A DNA stretch of 64,000 nucleotides from Phaeosaccion multiseriatum (taxonomy: Eukaryota > Protista > Ochrophyta, other classes). Shown here one piece after another: positions 31,004 through 43,800 of the stretch (positions within the stretch are counted from its first letter, which is position 1; each line of letters opens with the position of its first letter). The notes beneath the pieces were generated by a model. It made no database searches, was not told the DNA's origin, and saw nothing but the letters and a program-made list of their open reading frames with translations. The stretch covers positions 5,580,001 to 5,644,000 of the forward strand of contig OZ218951.1 in NCBI GenBank assembly GCA_965112735.1, given 5' to 3'. Made by a program: the position numbers and the translations under genes.

Positions 31004-32379
31004 ATGGTATCATCGATGAAGTCGCTGCTACTGCTGGTGGTAATGTTGGTGCAGGCGGGAGTTCTCCAAGGCTTCACCCTCTCGATGGCATCGAAGCAGC
31101 CGCTGTCCAGCAAAGGTTTAGGTCCAGCGGCCAGCAGCAGAGGAGCTTTCCTGCAGAAAGCGGGGAGATCAGTAGCGGCAGCGGCAGCCCTTGCGGTGGG
31201 CTTTGGTCAGCCCGCTCTGGCAGAGACTGCCGACTACACAGACAGTGAGTGGGGAATTTCTGACTGTTTGGGCCGCGTCTTGGGGCACTGCACCACTCGC
31301 CAATTTTGGATACCCTCTTCTCTGAGCCTCCATCTTACTTCTTTCTTTGCTGCACTCCTTACTCATGGACCACCTCTCCTGCCGACCAACGCTATAAAAT
31401 GTCCTTGCCTGGCCTTTCCCCCGCTTCCCCTCTCCGTCCTCCTCTTGTGTCTGGTGTCTCCAGTTTGCAGATCCTCCCATCCCTCCAGCCAAAGCCTTGC
31501 GTGCTGCCATGCCCTGTTCTTGACCTCACTGTGTCCCTGTTCTCCCCTCCCACTCTGTCGCAGATGAGACGGGAACGAAGCTTACTGTGCCTAGGGACTG
31601 GAAGGTGGGAGATGTGGACCCGAACGCGGTCAGCGGCCGCCGAAGACTCTTCTTGTGGACAGACCCCAAGGAACCCACCGCTACCAACGCCTTTGTGGCT
31701 TACGTGAGTCCCTGCGGTAGACGATGGTGCCCTCCTTTGCACCTTCTTCCCTCTGCTCTCCCCGCCCCTCGCGCACATGGCCTTGTAGTGGATTGCAGCT
31801 GCTCCAATCAACCCCCTCCTCTCTCTCTCCCTCCACATCTCTTGGGGGGACGGAAACCGCTCTTGTCTGTGTGCCCCATGTGCGTGCACGTCTGGTGTGC
31901 GTGGCGTGGTCACTGGGGAAGGGGCAGGAGAGCAAAGCCTTCGTCACGGCACGGCGCTTGCCTGCCGCTTCCACTCCACCTTCTCTCAACGCTGGCCTCC
32001 TCCCTCCACCCCCCCCTTCCCACAACTCGTGCAGACGCCCGTCAGAGGAGACTTCACCAGCCTGGGTAAGAGGCAAGGGAGAGGGGCAATAGAAAAGAAA
32101 GCAAGAGCGGTGCGATAGCAATAGCGATAGCGATAGCAGCAGCAGCGGTGTAGAGCCGAGCCACCTCATTGTGCAGGGGGATATTCCAAGGAGGTTCTTG
32201 TGCTAGGGAGAGTGCAGCGCTCGCTGCGTATGGAGGTGGGGAAGGCCGGACCCGTCCTTGTCCTTCTCCCCCTCTCTCCCTCTGTGTGTGTCTGTGTGTG
32301 TCTCCGTCGCTCCCTTTCTCCCCCTCTCTCCCTCACCATGTCTCTCTCTGGTCTTCTCTCTCTCACTTCATCCCTTCTA

Positions 32380-32416
<37 letters not shown>

Positions 32417-33784
32417 CCTTCTCTCCCGTCTCTCAACCCTATCCTATAGCACCTGCGGGTGGCTCTGGACAGACCACTTGTAGCTTCCTTCACCCCTCTC
32501 CGCTCCCTCCCTCCTCCCCATCTACTGCCATCCCAGCCTCCTCCTTTCCCTCTCCTTGTCCTCTCGCGTCTCTCTGAAATCGCCCCCCTCCTTCCCACGT
32601 CTGTACGTAACCACGCACGAAAAGGCTCCTTCGGGTCCTGCGATGACGTGGCTGGTACCATCCTCCCCAACGGCAAGGGCATAAGCTCCAAGCTCATAGC
32701 AAGCTCCGGCAAGGGGGGCAAGTACTATTACGAGTATACTGTCTCAGTGGACGGCAAAAAGCCCAAGTGAGTGACAGAGTGAGAGAGAGAGTGAGTCAGT
32801 GAGTGAGTGAGTGGGTGAGAGTGAGTGAGTGAGTGAGGGAGTGAGTGCGTGAGAGTGAGTGAGTGAGTGAGTGAGTGAGTGAGTGAGTGAGTGAGTGAGT
32901 GAGTGAGTGGGTGAGAGTGAGTGAGAGTGAGTGAGTGAGTGAGTGAGTGAGTGAGTGAGTGAGTTAGTGAGCGAGTTGGTGAGTGAGTGAGTGAGTGAGT
33001 GAGTGAGTGAGTGAGTGAGTGAGTGAGTGAGTGAGTCCAGGCGAGGCGGGGCGAGGCGAGGTCGAGGCAGGTTCAGTAAGGCTAAGGCTAAGGTCCAAGG
33101 TTTTGATCGTAACGGCAGGGATTGGGGTTGGGGCTATCGTCTTTGATATCGACTCCCTTTATGGGTGTTCGATATTGATGCAGTCACACCAACTGAAAAC
33201 TGAAAACTGGGTTTGGGTTATAGGGAAGTGGGTTGAGTTGAGGCGAGGCAGGTATGTGCTCTGTTGGACAGCCCACCCCCAAGTGAGTGAGTTCAGGAAG
33301 AAGGGGCAGGGTCGTCGTACCTACCTTAGTCTGTTGGATACCATAGAGGCAACGTCGATGGCTCAAGTAGGCTGCGATCCTCTCTGGCACGACGCTCCTT
33401 CGTCCCGGTCCTTTAGTGGTCCTCCTTGGCTGACCGCACCTCCACAGTCCATTGCGTCCTTTCATCACGATCACTCGATGGACCCTCCTGTATGCCCTCT
33501 CGTCCTTCGTCTCATCCTCTGTCCCTCGCGAGTCGTTCTCTGTGCATGTGTGTGTGTGCGTCTTCCTCCTCCATCGACAAACACAGCCCTCACCCCGCCC
33601 CTTACCACCCCACCCCACCCCTCCCCTCTCCTCTCCTCTTCTCAGGCACATCTTCACCGTCTGGGGCCTTGTCCCTGGCACGATGCTCGTGACGGTTTCG
33701 GCGCAGTGCAACGAGGAGGACTTGGCCACTGAGAAGGACGAGATCGAGGGCATCGTCAATAGCTTCACCCTAGCTGGCAAGTGA
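31004..33784 (+). CDS. PsbP-domain (PPD-like) thylakoid lumen protein with tripartite presequence
   Basis: Exons at about 31004-31243, 31564-31703, 32035-32065, 32624-32766 and 33646-33784. Signal peptide (..VLQG|FTL), transit peptide and lumen signal (SRGAFL..AAAAALAV..PALA|E). Mature part has L.VP.DW, TPVRGDFTSLGSFGS, YYYEYTV and IVNSFTL. Confidence 0.75.
32767..33036. repeat. (GAGT)n microsatellite, intronic
   Basis: GTGAGT-type repeat starting at the 5' splice site. Confidence 0.9.
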
Positions 33785-34624
33785 TGAGAGCATCGTTAGC
33801 AATCAACAGCTTCACTCTGGCCAGCGAGTGAAGCGAAGCCGGGGGGAAGGGGGGGGGCATTGGGCCTGCGGCTCTCAGTCAATCAGTCAGTCAGTCAATC
33901 TGTCAATCAGTCAATCCGTCAGTCAGTCAGTTAGTCAGTCAGTCGGGCCTCGGGCCTCATTGGGGTTATCCTCGCCGCCGCCCCGCACCCGCGCAGTCCT
34001 CGTCACGGTGGGGGCGAGAGCCGAGCGGATTGCTCTCCTGTAGAGTGCTAATCAATCACACCTCTACTTAAAGGAAGTCGTCGTTGAGTAAGAATAATAT
34101 AGTTGACAAGAGGGGGGGGGGGTCTGTGGAGGGAGACGACATCGTCGTCGCCAGTGATCGGCCGCCGTCGGATCGCCCTTTTCACAACGGTTCGGGGATC
34201 CCTCGCTCGGCTAAAATATATTTTACGTGATCTCTGTGTTGTTGTCGAACAAATCGAGATAAGCTGGGCCGCTAGGCAATACCAGTAGCTCCGTAAGAGG
34301 AGCGGGGACGAAGAAGGCAAGAGGAGAGGTAAGAGCGAAAGAAAGAAAGTATTGGACCTCACTTTCTCCAGGAAAATATCGACGCACTCCCTCTCACTCC
34401 CTCTCTTGTCCTCTACGCTATTCTCAAAGGAGCTTGGGGGTGAGAAGACAGGAGGGAACGCAAGAGGAAAAGAAGAAGCCTTGTGCCTCACTCTACTTGA
34501 TTGCTCTCTTCACGCACTCCCTATCACTCCCTCTCTCCTGTTCTCCATATCGCCCCCCCCTTCCTCGCCTGACAGGTATACAGTCCAACGACAAGGGGTG
34601 TCCAGTAACCAGGGAATCTCTACC

Positions 34625-36779
34625 ATGGTAGGGGCTACTTCGATCGCTCCATCTTCTCCCTCCGTGCTGGGGGGCGAGCCAGCGCCAGCAGGCTCGGTGG
34701 AGGCTCTCTACTGTCGTGTCTCCGACGATGGCGTGATCGATGACCTCGTGCTGCTCGACAAGGCCGACACTAGCGCACAGGCAATTGCAGAGGTCCTCCG
34801 CAACAGATACGCCAATGGCGACATGTACACAGCCATTGGACCAGGTACGTGATCTCGTACATTGCACATCAAGAGAGAGATGGAAGAGAAATATAAAGAT
34901 GGAAGATGGGGTGGAGGGGCCTATAGCAGGCTGCGTTGCTGACATGGTGCCCCCTCCATTCGTTCTCTTTGTCCGACTGTGGCCTCATTGGCTCTGCTGC
35001 TACTCCTCTCTACTGCTCATATCTGCTCTGTTCTGCTCTGCTCTTCTCCTCGGCTCTCCTCTCCTCTCCTCTCCTCTCCTGTCCTCTCCTCTCCTCTCAT
35101 CTCCTGTCTCCTCCCCTCCCCTCCCCTCCCCTCCTCTCCTCTCCTCTTCTCTCCTCTCCCCATCCCTCCTCTCTCCTCCCTCCGCCCCCTCTCCCTCCCA
35201 TCCCCCACCATTCTCTCTTCCCCTCTCCCTCTCCCTCCTCTCCCCTCTGTGCCCCCCACACCCCTTCTTCGCTGGCACCAGTACTTATCTCCGTCAACCC
35301 ATATCAGCCGCTAGACAGGGGAGGTCGCTCAATTTACGACACCAGCGTGGGCCAGGCCTATCGCAACGGAGACGACAGCAGAGCCCTCGCACCGCACATC
35401 TTCAGGACGGCAGGTGGGGGGGAGGGGGGAAAGTGGGGGGAGGGGAGGGGAGGGGATTAATGACGGGAGGGAAGAGGGGATGGGTGCGGGTGAGAGGTGG
35501 AGGAGGGAGGGAAGGGGTGCGGGGGTGAGGGGGTGAGGGGGTGAAGGGGTCACGGGAAGGAGGGGGACAGGGAGACGTTGAGAGGTGTATGGGTCTAAAG
35601 CTTGCAGAGGCTCTCGCCACTCCGTGGCCTTGAGCTACCTCTATCCGCTATCCTCTAGCCGCTAGCCTACGACAGACCGGACTATCCTCTGGCCTATGAC
35701 AGACCGGACTCTTGAGTGGTGTCACAATGTCACAATGTCACCACTCTCTCTCTCTCTCTCTTGAGTGGTGACATTGTCCGCGATGGACGGCCCAAAGGGG
35801 TCCGGGGTCTGCGCATGCTACCGCGAGGCAAGGGAGGGGGGGGGGGAAGGGCCGAAAGACGAATCGATCGAGAGACGGGTTTTTGTCTCGCCGCCCCTCT
35901 TCCTCCCTCACCTCCTCCACGCTGTGACCCCCCTCTCCCCCTCTTCTCCTCTTCCTCTTTACCCTCCGCCCGTCTACGTCTCTATCCCTCTCTGTCTCCA
36001 TCCCTCTGTCCTGCTTCCCCTCCCCTCCCCTCCCCTCCCCTCCGCCCCTTTGCCCCTTAACCTTCAACCCCTTACCCCTCCACCCCTCCGCCTCACTCTC
36101 CCTCTCCCCTCCTTTTCAGCGGACGCCATGCGTAGCCTCGTGAGTGAAGCCAAACCACAGTGCATCGTCATCACAGGGGAGAGCGGCAGCGGCAAAACCG
36201 AAACCGCCAAACACATTATCAAGTTCGCCACCGAGTCTGCCACTGCCCGGCGGCTGCAGGATGGCAGTGGATGCAAGGGCAGGACGGTGCGAGGCTCGGT
36301 GGTCGAGAGAGAGGCGGAGGAGGAAAGAATCGAACGCCAGCTGCTGGAGAGCGGTCCCGTGCTGGAAGCTTTTGGAAACGCTCGGACGTCGCGGAATGAT
36401 AACAGCAGCAGGTGGGTGCGCGGAGTGTATTGACTTACAGGAATCTACCAAAGAAGTACGTAATTGTGAGTGTGTTTGTGTGGCTGGCTGGCTGACCGCC
36501 TTCTCGTTCTCCCTCTCCCTCTCCCTCTTCCTCCCCCTCCTTCCCTCTCCTCCCTCTCCCTCCCTCCCTCCCGTCCACCCGCCCACCCGCTCTCCCTCCC
36601 TCCCCCCGTCTCTCCACCTCAGATTCGGAAAGTACTTGGAGCTGCAGCTCTCCTTCGCGGGGCAGATCATCGGAGGTGAGACACTCAGTGTCAGGACAGG
36701 AAGGACTCATCGGTGTCAGGACGGGACAGACTCAGACTAATCCATGCCAGCATGGGCTGCTCGCATTCCCTGTCTGCAG

Positions 36780-36818
<39 letters not shown>

Positions 36819-39800
36819 GGGATAGAGGGATAGAGGGATAGATAGAGAGAGAGAGAGAGTGTGGACGGGGTGTGGCCGTTGCGAACATGGAGACTGCTGA
36901 GGTGTTGGAAGGGGATGTGGTGACTGCTAGGGATGACCATTGAGGAAGGTGCCGCCCCCCTGGGTCCACACCGCTCTGCTCTGCTGTGTTCTCTCCTACT
37001 CTACTCTGCTGTGCTGTGGTCTGTATCACCAACTGCTCTGGATCACCAACTGCTCTTTTTCACCAACTGCTCTGGATCACCAACCACTCTACTCTTCTCT
37101 TCTCTGCTCTGCTGTGCTGTATTATGCCCACATGTGTCACCGGCTGTGCGCCCCTGTATGTCACTGGGGTGTGCCCCCATGGGTGTGTGCCCCCCTGGGT
37201 GTGTGCCCCCTTCCTTCAGGCCGCGTCACTAACTATCTACTGGAGAAGACACGCGTGACCACGCAGGCCCAGGGGGAGCGGAACTTCCACATCTTCCACT
37301 ACCTGCTAGCAGGTGAGCAAGTCGATGAGTGAGTGAGTGTGTGAGTGAGTGAGTGAGTGAGTGAGTGAGTGAGTGAGTGAGTGAGTGAGTGAGTGAGTGG
37401 GTGAGTGAGTGAGTGAGTGAGTGAGTGATTGGGTGAGTGAGTGAGTGAGTGAGTGAGTGAGTGAGTGAGTGAGTGAGTGAGTGAGTGAGTGAGTGAGTGA
37501 GTGAGTGAGTGAGTGAGTGAGTGAGTGAGTGAGTGAGTGAGTGAGTGAGTGAGTGAGTGAGGCACAAACAAGCACAGAGAAGCATGGCCGGGGCTCAGGG
37601 CCTGAGATACGTGAGCCCTTCTTCTCTTTCCGCTCTCTTCTCTCCCCTCTCCCCTCTTACCCTTCCCCCTCTACTCTCCGCTCTCCTCCACTCTGCCCCC
37701 TCGACCCGCTGCCCTTCACTCAAACCAGGCACCCCTGCCAAGGAAAGGTCGCTCTACGGGCTCTTGACTCACGCCCCCACAGAGGGCCTTCCCCCCTCCT
37801 CCTCCTCCCCCTCCCTCGACTCCTTCATCGACGCTCACCGCAGCGGTTACGCCTACATGCCCGAAGACGACGGAGGCAGAAACCCTCAGGGCATCCCCGG
37901 GGTGGACGATGGCCTGCAGCTGGCCCGAGTGAAGCAGTCACTGAGCCGCATGGGGGTGGGCGAGGAGGAGCAGGCACAGGTGAGTGTGGGCGCGTGTGTG
38001 GGTGTGTGGGTGTGTGGGTGTGTGGGTGTGTGGGTGTGTGGGCGCGTGTGTGGGTGTGTGAGTGTCCCTGGGGACGCAGTCTGAGCCCCTGAGCTTCATA
38101 TCAGTTCCAGTTTAATGATACTGATCCCGGAGGACCCATATCTTCGCATCCTGACGCCCTGACCCCCCTTACTTCTCCCTGCTTATGATCGTATCCTCTC
38201 ACTGACTTATGGTCGTAACCCAGGTGTGGGGGCTGCTGGGGGGTCTTCTGGCGCTGGGTAATGTGGAGTTTGAAGATCATGGGGACGACAAGAGAGCGAC
38301 CGTTAAGGATGACCCCGAGGGAGGCGCCAGGGATCCAGAGGCCTTGGCAAGGGCAGCAGGGGCTTTGGGGGTGGATGCCTGCATGCTGCAGAGGTTAGTC
38401 ACAGATGGCAGCGGGTGGATGGGTAGTAAGTCAATGGGTGGGTAGGTGGGTGTGTGCGTCGGTGCGTCGGTGGGTGGGTAGGGGTGTGGGGGTGCGGGTA
38501 CATGCGAGTTCACCTTTGAAGGCTAATGGCGGTGCAGATTACAAATGGCAAAGAACACGCTGCTGCACCACCGCTTGTGCTGCGACCATCCCTCTCCTCC
38601 TACAGCTCTACGCTCTGCTGAGCTGAGCTAACACTCCCCCTCGGCCTCCCCTCCCCTCCCCTCCCCTCCCCTCCCCTCCCCTCCCCTCCCCTCCCCTCTC
38701 CTCTCCCCTCCCCTCCCCTCCAGAGCCCTCACCATGCGCACCCTTATGGCCGGGGAGGGCAACTTCGGCTTCGGAGCCAACAAGAAGCGCACAATTCACG
38801 TGCGCAACCTCAACAGGGAGGATAGCCTGAGGAACAGGGACACCCTCGCCAAGGAGGTGCGTGGTTTCTGTGTGTGCGTGCGTGCGTGCGTGCGTGTGTG
38901 TGCGTGTGTGTGTGTGCGTGTGTGTGTGTGGCCTGTTTGCCCGCCGATGGACCTCTTCACGAACCTTCCACACACGTCTCCCCGTCCCCTGCCCCTGCCC
39001 TATGCAAGCACAGGCCTACAAACGCGTATTCGATTGGATAATTGCCAGGGTCAATGGAGCCATCGGAACAGCGAGGGGAACGCAAGGGCAGGGGGGTTGG
39101 GCGGGGGCGGCGGGGGGCAGCCACCACAGCGATTCAGACCTCTCTCATGGGGGCAGCGATGGAGACCTTGAGCTACCCCCCGGGGGCAGTGATCGAGAGC
39201 TGTCGCTGGGCATCCTCGACATTTACGGTTTCGAGATTTTCGAGGTGAACGGTTTCGAGCAGTTCTGCATCAACTATGTCAACGAGAAGCTGCAGCAGTT
39301 CTTCATCGCACACTCCCTCAAGGCCGAGCAGGAGGACTACCGCGCAGAGGGGGTGGAGTGGGTGGACGTAGAGTTCTTCAACAACAAGGTAAGCGAGTCA
39401 TGAGCGAGTGGCGAGCGAGGGGTGAGCGAGTAGTGAGGGGTGAGGGGTGTGCGGTGTCATCCCTCCACCACAGGGCCCGACTGACCGGTGGACCGACTGA
39501 CCGATGGACCGACCCACCGATGGACCGACCCACCGATGGACCGACTGATCGACTGACTGACCAACTGACTGACTGACTGCCTGACTGACTGACCAACTGA
39601 CCGATGGACCGACTGATCGACTGACTGACCAACTGACTGACTGACTGCCTGACTGACTGACTGACCGACTGACCGATGGACCGACTGATCGACTGACTGA
39701 CCAACTGACTGACTGACTGACTGACTGACTGACTGACTGACTGACTGACTGACTGACTGACTGACTGACTGACTGACTGACTGACTGACTGACTGACTGA

Positions 39801-40718
39801 CTGAATGACTGACTGACTGACTGACTGACTGACTGACTGACTGACTGACTGACTGACTGACTGACTGACCGATGGACCGACCGACGGGCTGTCGGTCTCT
39901 TGTCTTGTTCCATCTCTGTCTGTGCCGCACGCGCTGCCGTTTGACCCTCTCTCTCTCTCTGTCTCTCCTCCTCTCCCCACTCTCTCTCTCCATCTCTCTC
40001 CATCTCTCCATCTCTCTATCTCTCTCTATCTGTATCTCTCCATCTCTCCCCCTCTTAAGGTGGTGTGCGACATGATCGAGTCTCGACAAGGCATGCTTCC
40101 TCTCCTCAACGAACTCGGTAACTGGAAAGGCAGCGACGAGGTGGCGCTCGTCAACAGATACAACAGAGAGATGAAGAAGGACAAGTACTGTGCCTACTAC
40201 CTCGTCGGGAAGGATGTGATGCACGGCGAGGGACAGGCCGCCTACGCTGACAAGAGCAAGCAATACCTTGACATGGTGTTTGGTGTCAGGCACTATGCTG
40301 GGGACGTGGGCTACTACGCAGGGGTGAGTAAGTCAGTGGGTAGTAAGTCAGTGAGTAGGGGATGGTAGTTAGTAAGGCAGTGAGAAAGGCATGCGGCACG
40401 ACACAGCCGAGCGCGCCCCTCTCTCCCGATGTTGGCCGCCTCCCTCCCTCCCTCCCTCCCTCCCTCCCTCCCTCCCTTCCCCCTTCCCTCCCTCCCTCCC
40501 CTCCTCACCTCCCTCCTCTCCTTACCTCCCTCCCTCCCTCCCTAGGGGTGGCTGGAGAAGAACGCGGACACGCTGTTCAACGACGTGCTCCAAGTCATGT
40601 CAGAGAGTGAAAAGCCCGTCATCGCCGCCCTCTTTGATTGTGAGGAGCGGTCCTTTGACGAGCGAGCAAGGCGACCCCCCTCCACCGCCACGCAATTCAC
40701 AAAGCAGGTACATAAGTC

Positions 40719-40802
<84 letters not shown>

Positions 40803-43800
40803 TGCGCGTGTGTATGGTGGATCTTTGCTTAACAGCAGATGTAAAAGTCAAGTGTAAAGAAAAGTGGGCGGTAATTGATGAGTACTGTGATACCCGCTGC
40901 AGCTTATTCACTGACTTCCATTCACTGACTTCCATTCACTGACTTCTATTCACTGACTTCCATTCACAGTCTTCCATTCACTGACTTCCATTCACTGACT
41001 TGCTCCAACCCCAACAGGTGCAGGAGCTGTGCGAGTCCCTTGCCTTATGCGAGCCCCGCTTCGTCCGCTGCATCAAGCCCAACGACCGTAAGGTGCCATC
41101 CACTTTGGACCTCACGCGTGTGCTGCACCAGGCAGAGTACCTGGGCCTGCAGGAGAATGTTCGAATTCGACAGGCGGGCTTTGTGCACAGGTACATGGGT
41201 AGATTAGATGAACCCATGGGTCAAAGGTGTCAGGTTTCAGGATGGCAGTGGATTGGAGTTGGCTTGTCTTGACCAGCGTGGAGTCGGCCGCAAGACCCAC
41301 CCATCGACGCTCTTTCTCTTTCTCTCTCTCTCTCTCCTCCCTCCCTCTCCCCCTCCCCCTCCCCCGCTTCTCTCTCTCTCTCCGCCTGGTGTCAGGATGA
41401 CGTACGACTCGTTCGTGCGACGCTACAGTCTCCTCTCCAGCGCCTCTTGGCCTGACCGCGTGCCCGAGGAGGATACCAGCCCCCCGGGAGTCAGCCCCCC
41501 GGGGCCCAACCCCCCTGGGGACAAGGCTGAGCAGCAACAGGAGGATGAGGATAGGAAGGAACCCCAAACTGCAAGCACAAGCCCAAGCCAAAGCGAACCC
41601 ACCTCAGAGCAGCAGCAGCAGAAGAAGGCGCAGCAGCAGCAGCAGCAGCAGGAGCAACACGAGGAGGAGAAGGATGAGCGCAACGCGGCCGCACCGCCCC
41701 CCCCCGCTACCCCTACCACGAACTCTACCGATGCGCACTACCCCACCCCGCCTGCTGCTCCTGCTCCTCGGCGGCTTGTGTGGAGGCCCTGCACCCTTCC
41801 CCATGCCCAAGCAGCGAGGGCCATCGTGCTGGGGCAGAGCTCCAAACAGTGGCCCACATACCTCACGGGGGGGAAGGAGCTCCGCCTGGGGGGGGGGGTG
41901 GCAGTTGGTGATACGGCTGGCTCGGCGGGATTGGTGGGGGAGGCAGGCGAGCAGGGGGGCGCTGCTGTATCACCAACTGGTGATGCTGCGGTGTTCTTCG
42001 GCAAGACCAAGGTGCTGTTCAAGCGCTTCGAGCCGCTGGCCCGATTGGAGGAGGTGAGAGAGAGCGCACGGGGAGGCATATAGGGGATGTGGAGAGGCAT
42101 GTGGAGGCATATGGGGGATATGTGGGGAGGCATGTCGAGGCATATGGGGAACAAGTGGACAGCGTGTGGAGGCATATAGGGGATGTGTGGAGAGGCATAT
42201 GGAGGCATACGGGGGATATGTGGAGAGGCATGTGGAGGCATATAGGGAACAAGTGGAGGGGCATGTGGGGGCATATAGGGGATATGTGGAGGGGCATGTG
42301 GAGGCATATGGGGGATATGTGGAGAGGCATATGGAGGCATATAGGGGATATGTGGAGAGGTATGTGGAGGTACATAGGGGAGAGGCATGTGGAGGCATAT
42401 GGGGAAAAAGTGGAGGGGCATGTGGAGGCATATAGGGGATATGTGGAGAGGCATGTGGGGGCATATGGGGGATATGTGGAGAGGTATGTGGGGGCATGTG
42501 GGGGATATGGCATGTGGAGGCAAATGCGGTGATTCCCTTTTATCTTTTTCGCCAGGGCTCCGGCAGGCTGGCGACTGCTACTATATCACCAACTGCCACC
42601 CCGCGCGCTCCCTCACACATACACTCCTTCACCGCCACTATTCCCTCCCTCCCCTAACCCCTCCCTCACATCAGGCGCGCACCCAAGCCCTGTTCCCTGT
42701 AGTGACCCTCCTGCAGAAGAACATTCGCGGACTGGTCCAGAGGCGCGCCTTCTCTCGCATGCAGACGGGTGCCATCAAGCTTCACGGAGTGGTGCGAGGC
42801 TTTATTCAGCGCCGTAGATACGAGGCAGCGAGAGGGAGGGTGGTGAAACGGCAGGCGGTGGTGCGGGGCAAGCAGCAGAGGGACCGTTACAGGGAGATGA
42901 GGGAGCGTTTCAAAGGGGTGCCGCCGAGATGGTGAGTCTAGAGGCGTATGGGCACATGGCCAAGTACAGGTGATTGGGCGTCAGGGTATGAGGTATACAG
43001 GCATGTAGGTATTAGAGTGATTTAGGGTTTATGGGCAGATGGACACGGAGGTCCGGAGGGAGGCAGGAGCCCAGGGGGGGGAGGGGAGGGAGGGGAGGGG
43101 AGGGGAGGGGAGGGGGGGGAAGGAGAGGGGGCGGGGAGGAGAGGGGAGGAGAGGAGCATCTGAGGAGGGAGTCAGTTCCCACCCCAACGAGAAAACGAAG
43201 CCCCACCATCCACCCACATGCCTCCCCATCCATATGTCTCTTATTCCATTCCTCACTCCCTCTCTTCCTCCCTCCCTCTCTACCTCCCTCCCTCCCTCCC
43301 TCCCTCTCTACCTCCCTCCCTCCCTCCCTCCCTCCCTCCCTCCCTCCCTCCCTCCCTCCCTCTCTACCTCCCTCCCCACAGCTACGCCCTCAAAGTGCAG
43401 CGCCTGGTGCGAGGCATCTTGTCCCGCCAGTCTCTCCCCCCGGCCACTAGAGAGCGTACTGCTCTCCTCGGGCAGCGCATTCTCGATGGAAAGCGGCGTC
43501 AGATAGGGGCCACGGCCTTCCAGAGCGCCTTCAGGGCTCACCGGCAGTATTGCTTGTACCAGGGCCAGCGGCAAGGTAGAGACGGAGGGAGGGAGGAAGG
43601 GAGGGAGGGAGGGAGGGAGGGAGGGAGGGAGGGGGGGAGGGAGGGAGGGAGGGAGGGAGGGAGGGAGGGAGGGAGGGAGGGAGGGAGGGAGGGAGGGAGG
43701 GAGGGAGGGAGGGAGGGAGGGAGGGAGGGAGGGAGGGAGGGAGGGAGGGAGGGAGGGAGGGAGGGAGGGAGGGAGGGAGGGAGGGAGGGAGGGAGGGAGG

